Assembly: GCA_964016885.1 (NCBI GenBank)
Contig: OZ024741.1
Location: 246,326,001-246,390,000, forward strand
Source of the DNA: Eledone cirrhosa
Taxonomy: Eukaryota
Reading direction: 5' to 3'
Length of the DNA stretch: 64,000 nucleotides
Part shown: positions 41,701 to 55,600 of the stretch, in pieces
Layout of the letters: each line of letters starts with the position of its first letter
How positions within the stretch are numbered: the stretch's first letter is position 1
Translations under genes and position numbers: made by a program
The notes under the pieces: model-generated
What the model was told of the DNA's origin: nothing
The model's input: the letters and a program-made list of their open reading frames with translations, nothing else
Databases searched by the model: none

Positions 41701-43856
41701 AAATTATCTCCCCTTGATTTTTTTTACAAATAATCTCCCCCTGATTTTTTTTTATAAATTATCTCCCCCTGATTTTTTTTTACAAATTATCTACCCCTGT
41801 TTTTTTTTACAAATTATCTCCCCCTGATTTTTTTTACAAATTATCTCCCCCTGATTTTTCTTTTACAAATTATCTCCCCCTGATTTTTCTTTTACAAATT
41901 ATCTCCCCCTGATTTTTTTACAAATTATCTCCCCCTGATTTTTTTTACAAATTGTCTCCGCCTGATTTTTTTAAATATTATCTTCCCTTGGCTGGCGGGA
42001 AATTACCTCCCCTTGGACGGCTGGAAATTATCTGCCCTTGATTTTCTTTTTACAAATTATCTTCCACTGATTTTTTTTACAAATTATCTCCACCTGATTT
42101 TTTAAAAAATTATCTCCCCTTGGAAGGCTGGAAATTATCTCCCCTTGGCTGGAAATTATCTCCCCTTGGACGGCTAGAAATTATCTCTCTTTGGACGGCT
42201 GGAAATTATCACCTCTTGAGTTTTTTACAAATTATCTCCCCCTGATTTTTTTTACAAATCTCCCAGTGATTTTTAAAAAAAAATTATCTCCCCTTCGCTG
42301 GCTGGAAATTATCTCCCCTTGGACGCTGGAAATTATAGCCCCTTGGAGGGCTGGAAATTATCTTCCCTTGGACGGCTGGAAATTATCTCCCCTTGATTTT
42401 TTTTACAAATTATCTCCCCCTGATTTTTTTTTACAAATTATCTCCCCCTGATTTTTTTTTACAACTTATCTGCGCCTGATTTTTTAAAAAAAATTATCTC
42501 CCCTTGGACGGCTGGAAATTATCTCCCCTTGGACGGCTGGAAATTATCTCTCCTTGGACGGCTAGAATTTACCTCTCCTTGGACGGCTGAAAATTATCTC
42601 CCCTTGGACGGCTGGAAATTATCTCCCCTTGATTTTTTTTACAAATTATCTCCCCCTTTTTTTTTTTTACAAATTATCTCCCCCTGATTTTTTTTTACAA
42701 ATTATCTCCCCCTGATTTTTTTTTACAAATTATCTCCCCCTGATTTTTTTTACAAATTATCTCCCCCCTGATTTTTTTACAAATTATCTCCCCTTGGCTG
42801 GCTGGAAATTATCTCCCCTTGGAGGCTGGAACTTATCTCCCCTTGGACGGCTAGAAATTACCTCTCCTTGGACGGCTGGAAAATATGTCTCCTTGGACGG
42901 CTGGATATTATCTCCCCTTGGACGGCTGGAAATTATCTCCCCTTGGACGGCTGGAAATTATCTCCCCTTGGATGGCTAGATATTACCTCCCCTTGGACGG
43001 CTGGAAATTATCTCCCCTTGATTTTTTTAACAAATTATCTCCCCCTGATTTTTTTTTACAAATGATCTCCCCCTGATTTTTTTTAAAAAATTATCTCCCC
43101 CTGATTTTTGTTTACAAATTATCTCCGCCTGATTTTTTTTAACAAATTATCTCCCCTTGGACGGCTGGAAATTATCTCCCCTTGGACGGCTGGAAATTAT
43201 ATCTCCTTGGACGGCTAGAATTTACCTCTCCTTGGACGGCTGAAAATTATCTCCCCTTGGACGGCTGGAAATTATCTCCCCTTGATTTTTTTTACAAATC
43301 ATCTCCCCCTGATTTTTTTTTACAAATTATCTCCCCCTGATTTTTTTTTACAAATTATCTCCCCCTGATTTTTTTTTACAAATTATCTCCATCTGATTTT
43401 TTTACAAATTATCTCCCCTTGGCTGGCTGGAAATTATCTCCCCTTGGAGGCTGGAACTTATCTCCCCTTGGACGGCTAGAAATTACCTCTCCTTGGACGG
43501 CTGGAAAATATGTCTCCTTGGACAGCTGGATATTATCTCCCCTTGGACGGCTGGAAATTATCTCCCCTTGGACGGCTGGAAATTATCTCCCCTTGGATGG
43601 CTAGATATTACCTCCCCTTGGACGGCTGGAAATTATCTCCCCTTGATTTTTTTTACAAATTATCTCCCCCTGATTTTTTTTTACAAATTATCTCCCCCTG
43701 ATTTTTGTTTACAAATTATCTCCGCCTGATTTTTTTTTTTAAATTATCTCCCCTTGGACGGCTGGAAATTATCTCCCCTTGGACGGCTAGAAATTACCTC
43801 TCCTTGGACGGCTGAAAATTATCTCCCCTTGGACGGCTGGAAATTATCTCCCCTTG
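24930..43856. repeat. ~7.85-kb higher-order repeat, about 2.4 tandem copies
   Basis: ORF offsets are 25297/33147 (7850), 27099/34948 (7849), 29366/37211 (7845), 31141/38987 (7846) and 34948/42794 (7846). Shared markers include caaatgatctcc, ctccatctga and ggacagctgg. Confidence 0.92.
26800..28050. repeat. ~625-bp sub-repeat dimer (recurs near 34.9, 42.8, 46.8, 55.8 and 59.7 kb)
   Basis: ORF pairs 27099/27724, 34948/35573, 42794/43419, 46825/47450, 55781/56406 and 59708/60333 all differ by 625. Confidence 0.85.
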
Positions 43857-46800
43857 ATTTTTTTACAAATTATCTCCCCCTGATTTTTTTTTTACAAATT
43901 ATCTCCCCCTGATTTTTTTTTACAAATTATCTCCCCCTGATTTTTTTTTACAAATTATCTACCCCTGATTTTTTTTACAAATTATCTCCCCCTGATTTTT
44001 TTTACAAATTATCTCCCCCTGATTTTTTTTTACAATTTATCTCCCCCTGATTTTTTTACAAATTATCTCCCCCTGATTTTTTTTACAAATTATCTCCGCC
44101 TGATTTTTTTAAATATTATCTTCCCTTGGCTGGCGGGAAATTATCTCCCCTTGGACGGCTGAAAATTATCTCCCCTTGGACGGCTGGAAATTATCTCCCC
44201 TTGATTTTTTTTACAAATTATCTCCCCCTGATTTTTTTTTACAAATTATCTCCCCCTGATTTTTTTACAAATTATCTCCCCCTGATTTTTTTTTACAAAT
44301 TATCTCCCCCTGATTTTTTTTACAAATTATCTCCCTCTGATTTTTTTACAAATTATCTCCCCTTGGCTGGCTGGAAATTATCTCCCCTTGGACGGCTAGA
44401 AATTACCTCTCCTTGGACGGCTGGAAAATATGTCTCCTTGGACGGCTGGATATTATCTCCCCTTGGACGGCTGGAAATTATCTCCCCTTGGACGGCTGGA
44501 AATTATCTCCCCTTGGACGGATAGATATTACCTCCCCTTGGACGGCTGGAAATTATCTCCCCTTGATTTTTTTACAAATTATCTCCCCCTGATTTATTTT
44601 ACAAATCTCCCAATGATTTTAAAAAAAAAATTATCTCCCCTTCGCTGGCTGGAAATTATCTCCCCTTGGACGCTGGAAATTATAGCCCCTTGGAGGGCTG
44701 GAAATTATCTTCCCTTGGACGGCTGGAAATTATCTCCCCTTGATTTTTTTTACAAATTATCTCCCCCTGATTTTTTTTACAAATTATCTCCCCCTGATTT
44801 TTTTTACAAATTATCTACCCCTGATTTTTTTTACAAATTATCTCCCCCTGATTTTTTTTTACAAATTATCTCCCCCTGATTTTTTTTTACAAATTATCTC
44901 CCCCTGATTTTTTTACAAATTATCTCCCCCTGATTTTTTTTACAATCTCCGCCTGATTTTTTTAAAAATTATCTTCCCTTGGCTGGCTGGAAATTATCTC
45001 CCCTTGGACACTGGAAATTATAGCCCCTTGGAGGGCTGGAAATTATCTTCCCTTGGACGGCTGGAAATTATCTCCCCTTGATTTTTTTTACAAATTATCT
45101 CCACCTGATTTTTTTTTACAAATTATCTCCCCCTGATTTTTTTTACAAATTATCTACCCCTGATTTTTTTTTACAAATTATCTCCCCCTGATTTTTTTTA
45201 CAAATTATCTCCCCCTGATTTTTCTTTTACAAATTATCTCCCCCTGATTTTTTTACAAATTATCTCCCCCTGATTTTTTTTACAAATTATCTCCGCCTGA
45301 TTTTTTTAAATATTATCTTCCCTTGGCTGGCGGGAAATTATCTCCCCTTGGACGGCTGGAAATTATCTGCCCTTGATTTTCTTTTTACAAATTATCTTCC
45401 ACTGATTTTTTTTACAAATTATCTCCACCTGATTTTTTAAAAAATTATCTCCCCTTGGAAGGCTGGAAATTATCTCCCCTTGGACGGCTGGAAATTATCT
45501 CCCCTTGGACGGCTAGAAATTATCTCTCCTTGGACGGCTGAAAATTATCTCCCCTTGGACGGCTGCAAATTATCTCCCCTTGATTTTTTTTACAAATTAT
45601 CTCCCCCTGATTTTTTTTACAAATTATCTCCCCCTGATTTTTTTTACAAATTATCTACCCCTGATTTTTCTAACAAATTATCTCCCCCTGATTTTTTTTT
45701 ACAAATTATCTCCCCCTGATTTTTTTTTACAAATTATCTCCCCCTGATTTTTTTTTTACAAATTATCTCCCCCTGATTTTTTTACAAATTATCTCCCCCT
45801 GATTTTTTTTACAATCTCCGCCTGATTTTTTTAAAAATTATCTACCCTTGGCTGGCGGGAAATTATCTCCCCTTGGACGGCTGGAAATTATCTCCCCTTG
45901 GAAGGATGGAAATTATCTCCCCTTGGACGGCTGGAAATTATCTCCCCTTGCACGGCTGGAAATTATCTCCCCTTGGCTGGAAATTATCTCCCCTTGGACG
46001 GCTAGAAATTATCTCTCTTTGGACGGCTGGAAATTATCTCCCTTTGATTTTTTTACAAATTATCTCCCTCTGATTTTTTTTACAAATCTCCCCCTGATTT
46101 TTTTTAAAAAATTATCTCCCCTTCGCTGGCTGGAAATTATCTTCCCTTGGACGGCTGGAAATTATCTCACCTTGATTTTTTTTACAAATTATCTCCGCCT
46201 GATTTTTTTTTTAAATTATCTCTCCTTGGACGGCTGGAAATTATCTCCCCTTGATTTTTTTTACAAATAATCTCCCCCTGATTTTTTTTTATAAATTATC
46301 TCCCCCTGATTTTTTTTTACAAATTATCTACCCCTGATTTTTTTTTACAAATTATCTCCCCCTGATTTTTTTTACAAATTGTCTCCCCCTGATTTTTCTT
46401 TTACAAATTATCTCCCCCTGATTTTTTTACAAATTATCTTCCACTGATTTTTTTTACAAATTATCTCCACCTGATTTTTTAAAAAATTATCTCCCCTTGG
46501 AAGGCTGGAAATTATCTCCCCTTGGCTGGAAATTATCTCCCCTTGGACGGCTAGAAATTATCTCTCTTTGGACGGCTGGAAATTATCACCCCTTGAGTTT
46601 TTTACAAATTATCTCCCCCTGATTTTTTTTACAAATCTCCCAGTGATTTTTTAAAAAAAATTATCTCCCCTTCGCTGGCTGGAAATTATCTCCCCTTGGA
46701 CGCTGGAAATTATAGCCCCTTGGAGGGCTGGAAATTATCTTCCCTTGGACGGCTGGAAATTATCTCCCCTTGATTTTTTTTACAAATTATCTCCCCCTTT

Positions 46801-49670
46801 TTTTTTTTTACAAATTATCTCCCCTTGGCTGGCTGGAAATTATCTCCCCTTGGAGGCTGGAACTTATCTCCCCTTGGACGGCTAGAAATTACCTCTCCTT
46901 GGACGGCTGGAAAATATGTCTCCTTGGACGGCTGGATATTATCTCCCCTTGGACGGCTGGAAATTATCTCCCCTTGGACGGCTGGAAATTATCTCCCCTT
47001 GGATGGCTAGATATTACCTCCCCTTGGACGGCTGGAAATTATCTCCCCTTGATTTTTTTAACAAATTATCTCCCCCTGATTTTTTTTTACAAATGATCTC
47101 CCCCTGATTTTTTTTAAAAAATTATCTCCCCCTGATTTTTGTTTACAAATTATCTCCGCCTGATTTTTTTTAACAAATTATCTCCCCTTGGACTGCTGGA
47201 AATTATCTCCCCTTGGACGGCTGGAAATTATATCTCCTTGGACGGCTAGAATTTACCTCTCCTTGGACGGCTGAAAATTATCTCCCCTTGGACGGCTGGA
47301 AATTATCTCCCCTTGATTTTTTTTACAAATCATCTCCCCCTGATTTTTTTTTACAAATTATCTCCCCCTGATTTTTTTTTACAAATTATCTCCCCCTGAT
47401 TTTTTTTTACAAATTATCTCCCCCTGATTTTTTTACAAATTATCTCCCCTTGGCTGGCTGGAAATTATCTCCCCTTGGAGGCTGGAACTTATCTCCCCTT
47501 GGACGGCTAGAAATTACCTCTCCTTGGACGGCTGGAAAATATGTCTCCTTGGACGGCTGGATATTATCTCCCCTTGGACGGCTGGAAATTATCTCCCCTT
47601 GGACGGCTGGAAATTATCTCCCCTTGGATGGCTAGATATTACCTCCCCTTGGACGGCTGGAAATTATCTCCCCTTGATTTTTTTTACAAATTATCTCCCC
47701 CTGATTTTTTTTTACAAATTATCTCCCCCTGATTTTTTTTTACAAATTATCTCCCCCTGATTTTTGTTTACAAATTATCTCCGCCTGATTTTTTTTTTAA
47801 AATTATCTCCCCTTGGACGGCTGGAAATTATCTCCCCTTGGACGGCTAGAAATTACCTCTCCTTGGACGGCTGAAAATTATCTCCCCTTGGACGGCTGGA
47901 AATTATCTCCCCTTGATTTTTTTACAAATTATCTCCCCCTGATTTTTTTTTTACAAATTATCTCCCCCTGATTTTTTTTACAAATTATCTACCCCTGATT
48001 TTTTTTTACAAATTATCTCCCCCTGATTTTTTTTTACAAATTATCTACCCCTGATTTTTTTTACAAATTATCTCCCCCTGATTTTTTTTACAAATTATCT
48101 CCCCCTGATTTTTTTTTTACAAATTATCTCCCCCTGATTTTTTTACAAATTATCTCCCCCTGATTTTTTTTACAAATTATCTCCGCCGGATTTTTTTAAA
48201 TATTATCTTCCCTTGGCTTGCGGGAAATTATCTCCCCTTGGACGGCTGAAAATTATCTCCCCTTGGACGGCTGGAAATTATCTCCCCTTGATTTTTTTTA
48301 CAAATTATCTCCCCCTGATTTTTTTTTACAAATTATCTCCCCCTGATTTTTTTTACAAATTATCTCCCCCTGATTTTTTTTTACAAATTATCTCCCCCTG
48401 ATTTTTTTTACAAATTATCTCCCCCTGATTTTTTTTACAAATTATCTCCCCCTGATTTTTTTTACAAATTATCTCCCCCTGATTTTTTTTACAAATTATC
48501 TCCGCCTGATTTTTTTAAATATTATCTTCCCTTGGCTGGCGGGAAATTATCTCCCCTTGGACGGCTGGAAATTATCTGCCCTTGATTTTCTTTTTACAAA
48601 TTAACTTCCACTGATTTTTTTTACAAATTATCTCCACCTGATTTTTTTAAAAATTATCTCCCCTTGGAAGGCTGGAAATTATCTCCCCTTGGCTGGAAAT
48701 TATCTCCCCTTGGACGGCTAGAAATTATCTCTCTTTGGACGGCTGGAAATTATCACCCCTTGAGTTTTTTACAAATTATCTCCCCCTGATTTTTTTTACA
48801 AATCTCCCAGTGATTTTTAAAAAAAAATTATCTTCCCTTCGCTGGCTGGAAATTATCTCCCCTTGGACGCTGGAAATTATAGCCCCTTGGAGGGCTGGAA
48901 ATTATCTTCCCTTGGACGGCTGGAAATTATCTCCCCTTGATTTTTTTTACAAATTATCTCCCCCTGATTTTTTTTTACAAATTATCTCCCCCTGATTTTT
49001 TTTTACAACTTATCTGCGCCTGATTTTTTTAAAAAAATTATCTCCCCTTGGACGGCTGGAAATTATCTCTCCTTGGACGGCTGGAAATTATCTCTCCTTG
49101 GACGGCTAGAATTTACCTCTCCTTGGACGGCTGAAAATTATCTCCCCTTGGACGGCTGGAAATTATCTCCCCTTGATTTTTTTTACAAATTATCTCCCCC
49201 TGATTTTTTTTTACAAATTATCTCCCCCTGATTTTTTTTTACAAATTATCTCCCCCTGATTTTTTTTACAAATTATCTCCCCCTGATTTTTTTTTACAAA
49301 TTATCTCCCCCTGATTTTTTTTTACAAATTATGTCCCCCTGATTTTTTTTTACAAATTATCTCCCCCTAATTTTTTTTTACAAATTATCTCCCCCTGATT
49401 TTTTTTTACAAATTATCTCCCCCTGATTTTTTTTTACAAATTATCTCCGCCTGATTTTTTTTTAAAAATTACCTCCCCTTGGACGGCTGGAAATTATCAC
49501 CCCTTGGACGGCTGGAAATTATCTCCCCTTGGACGGCTAGAAATTATCTCTCCTTGGACGGCTGAAAATTATCTCCCCTTGGACGGCTGCAAATTATCTC
49601 CCCTTGATTTTTTTTACAAATTATCTCCCCCTGATTTTTTTTACAAATTATCTCCCCCTGATTTTTTTTT
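36685..49670. repeat. ~12,987-bp higher-order repeat, copy 1
   Basis: ORF offsets are 37211/50197 (12,986), 42191/55178 and 45848/58835 (12,987), then 46770/59653 and 49504/62387 (12,883). Shared private markers include tcacctcttgag, ttttctaac, ggactgctgg and aaattatgtccccc. Confidence 0.93.
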
Positions 49671-52600
49671 ACAACTTATCTGCGCCTGATTTTTTTAAAA
49701 AAATTATCTCTCCTTGGACGGCTGGAAATTATCTACCCTTGGACGGCTGGAAATTATCTCTCCTTGGACGGCTAGAATTTACCTCTCCTTGGACGGCTGA
49801 AAATTATCTCCCCTTGGACGGCTGGAAATTATCTCCCCTTGATTTTTTTTACAAATTATCTCCCCCTGATTTTTTTTTACAAATTATCTCCCCCTGATTT
49901 TTTTTTACAAATTATCTCCCCCTGATTTTTTTTTACAAATTATCTCCCCCTGATTTTTTTTACAAATTATCTCCCCCTGATTTTTTTTTACAAATTATCT
50001 CCCCCTGATTTTTTTTTACAAATTATCTCCCCCTGATTTTTTTTTACAAATTATCTCCCCCTGATTTTTTTTTACAAATTATCTCCCCCTGATTTTTTTT
50101 ACAAATTATCTCCCCCTGATTTTTTTTTACAAATTATCTCCGCCTGATTTTTTTTTAAAAATTACCTCCCCTTGGACGGCTGGAAATTATCTCCCCTTGG
50201 ACGGCTGGAAATTATCTCCCCTTGGACGGCTAGAAATTATCTCTCCTTGGACGGCTGAAAATTATCTCCCCTTGGACGGCTGCAAATTATCTCCCCTTGA
50301 TTTTTTTTACAAATTATCTCCCCCTGATTTTTTTTACAAATTATCTCCCCCTGATTTTTTTTACAAATTATCTACCCCTGATTTTTTTTACAAATTATCT
50401 CCCCCTGATTTTTTTTTACAAATTATCTCCCCCTGATTTTTTTTTACAAATTATCTCCCCCTGATTTTTCTTTTACAAATTATCTCCCCCTGATTTTTTT
50501 ACAAAGTATCTCCCCCTGATTTTTTTTACAATCTCCGCCTGATTTTTTTAAAAATTATCTTCCCTTGGCTGGCGGGAAATTATCTCCCCTTGGACGGCTG
50601 GAAATTATCTCCCCTTGGAAGGATGGAAATTATCTCCCCTTGGACGGCTGGAAATTATCTCCCCTTGCACGGCTGGAAATTATCTCCCCTTGGACGGCTA
50701 GAAATTATCTCTCTTTGGACGGCTGGAAATTATCTCCCTTTGATTTTTTTTACAAATTATCTCCCTCTGATTTTTTTTACAAATCTCCCCCTGATTTTTT
50801 AAAAAAAATTATCTCCCCTTCGCTGGCTGGAAATTATCTCCCCTTGGACACTGGAAATTATAGCCCCTTGGAGGGCTGGAAATTATCTTCCCTTGGACGG
50901 CTGGAAATTATCTCCCCCTGATTTTTTTAACAAATTATCTCCGCCTTATTTTTTTTAAAAATTATCTCTCCTTGGACGGCTGGAAATTATCTCCCCTTGA
51001 TTTTTTTTACAAATAATCTCCCCCTGATTTTTTTTTACAAATTATCTCCCCCTGATTTTTTTTTACAAATTATCTACCCCTGATTTTTTTTTACAAATTA
51101 TCTCCCCCTGATTTTTTACAAATTATCTCCCCCTGATTTTTCTTTTACAAATTATCTCCCCCTGATTTTTTTTACAAATTATCTCCGCCTGATTTTTTTA
51201 AATATTATCTTCCCTTGGCTGGCGGGAAATTATCTCCCCTTGGACGGCTGGAAATTATCTGCCCTTGATTTTCTTTTTACAAATTATCTTCCACTGATTT
51301 TTTTTACAAATTATCTCCACCTGATTTTTTAAAAAATTATCTCCCCTTGGAAGGCTGGAAATTATCTCTCTTTGTACGGCTGGAAATTATCACCCCTTGA
51401 GTTTTTTACAAATTATCTCCCCCTGATTTTTTTTACAAATCTCCCAGTGTTTTTTAAAAAAAATTATCTCCCCTTCGCTGGCTGGAAATTATCTCCCCTT
51501 GGACGCTGGAAATTATAGCCCCTTGGAGGGCTGGAAATTATCTTCCCTTGGACGGCTGGAAATTATCTCCCCTTGATTTTTTTTACAAATTATCTCCCCC
51601 TGATTTTTTTTTACAAATTATCTCCCCCTGATTTTTTTTTACAACTTATCTGCGCCTGATTTTTTAAAAAAAATTATCTTCCCTTGGACGGCTGGAAATT
51701 ATCTCCCCTTGGACGGCTGGAAATTATCTCTCCTTGGACGGCTAGAATTTACCTCTCTTTGGACGGCTGAAAATTATCTCCCCTTGGACGGCTGGAAATT
51801 ATCTCCCCTTGATTTTTTTTACAAATTATCTCCCCCTGATTTTTTTTTACAAATTATCTCCCCCTGATTTTTTTTTACAAATTATCTCCCCCTGATTTTT
51901 TTTTACAAATTATCTCCCCCTGATTTTTTTTACAAATTATCTCCCCCTGATTTTTTTACAAATTATCTCCCCTTGGCTGGTTGGAAATTATCTCCCCTTG
52001 GAGGCTGGAACTTATGTCCCCTTGGACGGCTAGAAATTACCTCTCCTTGGACGGCTGGAAAATATGTCTCCTTGGACGGCTGGATATTATCTCCCCTTGG
52101 ACGGCTGGAAATTATCTCCCCTTGGACGGCTGGAAATTATCTCCCCTTGGATGGCTAGATATTACCTCCCCTTGGACGGCTGGAAATTATCTCCCCTTGA
52201 TTTTTTTTACAAATTATCTCCCCCTGATTTTTTTTTACAAATTATCTCCCCCTGATTTTTTTTTACAAATTATCTCCCCCTGATTTTTGTTTACAAATTA
52301 TCTCCGCCTGATTTTTTTTTTAAAATTATCTCCCCTTGGACGGCTGGAAATTATCTCCCCTTGGACGGCTAGAAATTACCTATCCTTGGACGGCTGAAAA
52401 TTATCTCCCCTTGGACGGCTGGAAATTATCTCCCCTTGATTTTTTTACAAATTATCTCCCCCTGATTTTTTTTTACAAATTATCTCCCCCTGATTTTTTT
52501 TTTACAAATTATCTCCCCCTGATTTTTTTTTACAAATTATCTACCCCTGATTTTTTTTACAAATTATCTCCCCCTGATTTTTTTTACAAATTATCTCCCC

Positions 52601-55600
52601 CTGATTTTTTTTTACAAATTATCTCCCCCTGATTTTTTTACAAATTATCTCCCCCTGATTTTTTTTACAAATTATCTCCGCCTGATTTTTTTAAATATTA
52701 TCTTCCCTTGGCTGGCGGGAAATTATCTCCCCTTGGACGGCTGAAAATTATCTCCCCTTGGACGGCTGGAAATTATCTCCCCTTGATTTTTTTTACAAAT
52801 TATCTCCCCCTGATTTTTTTTTACAAATTATCTCCCCCTGATTTTTTTACAAATTATCTCCCCCTGATTTTTTTTTACAAATTATCTCCCCCTGATTTTT
52901 TTTACAAATTATCTCCCTCTGATTTTTTTACAAATTATCTCCCCTTGGCTGGCTGGAAATTATCTCCCCTTGGACGGCTAGAAATTACCTCTCCTTGGAC
53001 GGCTGGAAAATATGTCTCCTTGGACGGCTGGATATTATCTCCCCTTGGACGGCTGGAAATTATCTCCCCTTGGACGGCTGGAAATTATCTCCCCTTGGAC
53101 GGATAGATATTACCTCCCCTTGGACGGCTGGAAATTATCTCCCCTTGATTTTTTTACAAATTATCTCCCCCTGATTTATTTTACAAATCTCCCAATGATT
53201 TAAAAAAAAAATTATCTCCCCTTCGCTGGCTGGAAATTATCTCCCCTTGGACGCTGGAAATTATAGCCCCTTGGAGGGCTGGAAATTATCTTCCCTTGGA
53301 CGGCTGGAAATTATCTCCCCTTGATTTTTTTTACAAATTATCTCCCCCTGATTTTTTTTACAAATTATCTCCCCCTGATTTTTTTTACAAATTATCTCCC
53401 CCTGATTTTTTTTTACAAATTATCTCCCCCTGATTTTTTTACAAATTATCTCCCCCTGATTTTTTTTACAATCTCCGCCTGATTTTTTTAAAAATTATCT
53501 TCCCTTGGCTGGCTGGAAATTATCTCCCCTTGGACACTGGAAATTATAGCCCCTTGGAGGGCTGGAAATTATCTTCCCTTGGACGGCTGGAAATTATCTC
53601 CCCTTGATTTTTTTTACAAATTATCTCCCCCTGATTTTTTTTTACAAATTATCTACCCCTGATTTTTTTTTACAAATTATCTCCCCCTGATTTTTTTTAC
53701 AAATTATCTCCCCCTGATTTTTCTTTTACAAATTATCTCCCCCTGATTTTTTTACAAATTATCTCCCCCTGATTTTTTTTACAAATTATCTCCGCCTGAT
53801 TTTTTTAAATATTATCTTCCCTTGGCTGGCGGGAAATTATCTCCCCTTGGACGGCTGGAAATTATCTGCCCTTGATTTTCTTTTTACAAATTATCTTCCA
53901 CTGATTTTTTTTACAAATTATCTCCACCTGATTTTTTAAAAAATTATCTCCCCTTGGAAGGCTGGAAATTATCTCCCCTTGGACGGCTGGAAATTATCTC
54001 CCCTTGGACGGCTAGAAATTATCTCTCCTTGGACGGCTGAAAATTATCTCCCCTTGGACGGCTGCAAATTATCTCCCCTTGATTTTTTTTACAAATTATC
54101 TCCCCCTGATTTTTTTTACAAATTATCTCCCCCTGATTTTTTTTACAAATTATCTACCCCTGATTTTTTTTACAAATTATCTCCCCCTGATTTTTTTTTA
54201 CAAATTATCTCCCCCTGATTTTTTTTTACAAATTATCTCCCCCTGATTTTTTTTTTACAAATTATCTCCCCCTGATTTTTTTACAAATTATCTCCCCCTG
54301 ATTTTTTTTACAATCTCCGCCTGATTTTTTTAAAAATTATCTTCCCTTGGCTGGCGGGAAATTATCTCCCCTTGGACGGCTGGAAATTATCTCGCCTTGC
54401 ACGGCTGGAAATTATCTCCCCTTGGCTGGAAATTATCTCCCCTTGGACGGCTAGAAATTATCTCTCTTTGGACGGCTGGAAATTATCTCCCTTTGATTTT
54501 TTTTACAAATTATCTCCCTCTGATTTTTTTTACAAATCTCCCCCTGATTTTTTTAAAAAAATTATCTCCCCTTCGCTGGCTGGAAATTATCTTCCCTTGG
54601 ACGGCTGGAAATTATCTCACCTTGATTTTTTTTACAAATTATCTCCGCCTGATTTTTTTTTTAAATTATCTCTCCTTGGACGGCTGGAAATTATCTCCCC
54701 TTGATTTTTTTTACAAATAATCTCCCCCTGATTTTTTTTTATAAATTATCTCCCCCTGATTTTTTTTTACAAATTATCTACCCCTGTTTTTTTTTACAAA
54801 TTATCTCCCCCTGATTTTTTTTACAAATTATCTCCCCCTGATTTTTCTTTTACAAATTATCTCCCCCTGATTTTTCTTTTACAAATTATCTCCCCCTGAT
54901 TTTTTTACAAATTATCTCCCCCTGATTTTTTTTACAAATTGTCTCCGCCTGATTTTTTTAAATATTATCTTCCCTTGGCTGGCGGGAAATTACCTCCCCT
55001 TGGACGGCTGGAAATTATCTGCCCTTGATTTTCTTTTTACAAATTATCTTCCACTGATTTTTTTTACAAATTATCTCCACCTGATTTTTTAAAAAATTAT
55101 CTCCCCTTGGAAGGCTGGAAATTATCTCCCCTTGGCTGGAAATTATCTCCCCTTGGACGGCTAGAAATTATCTCTCTTTGGACGGCTGGAAATTATCACC
55201 TCTTGAGTTTTTTACAAATTATCTCCCCCTGATTTTTTTTACAAATCTCCCAGTGATTTTTAAAAAAAAATTATCTCCCCTTCGCTGGCTGGAAATTATC
55301 TCCCCTTGGACGCTGGAAATTATAGCCCCTTGGAGGGCTGGAAATTATCTTCCCTTGGACGGCTGGAAATTATCTCCCCTTGATTTTTTTTACAAATTAT
55401 CTCCCCCTGATTTTTTTTTACAAATTATCTCCCCCTGATTTTTTTTTACAACTTATCTGCGCCTGATTTTTTAAAAAAAATTATCTCCCCTTGGACGGCT
55501 GGAAATTATCTCCCCTTGGACGGCTGGAAATTATCTCTCCTTGGACGGCTAGAATTTACCTCTCCTTGGACGGCTGAAAATTATCTCCCCTTGGACGGCT

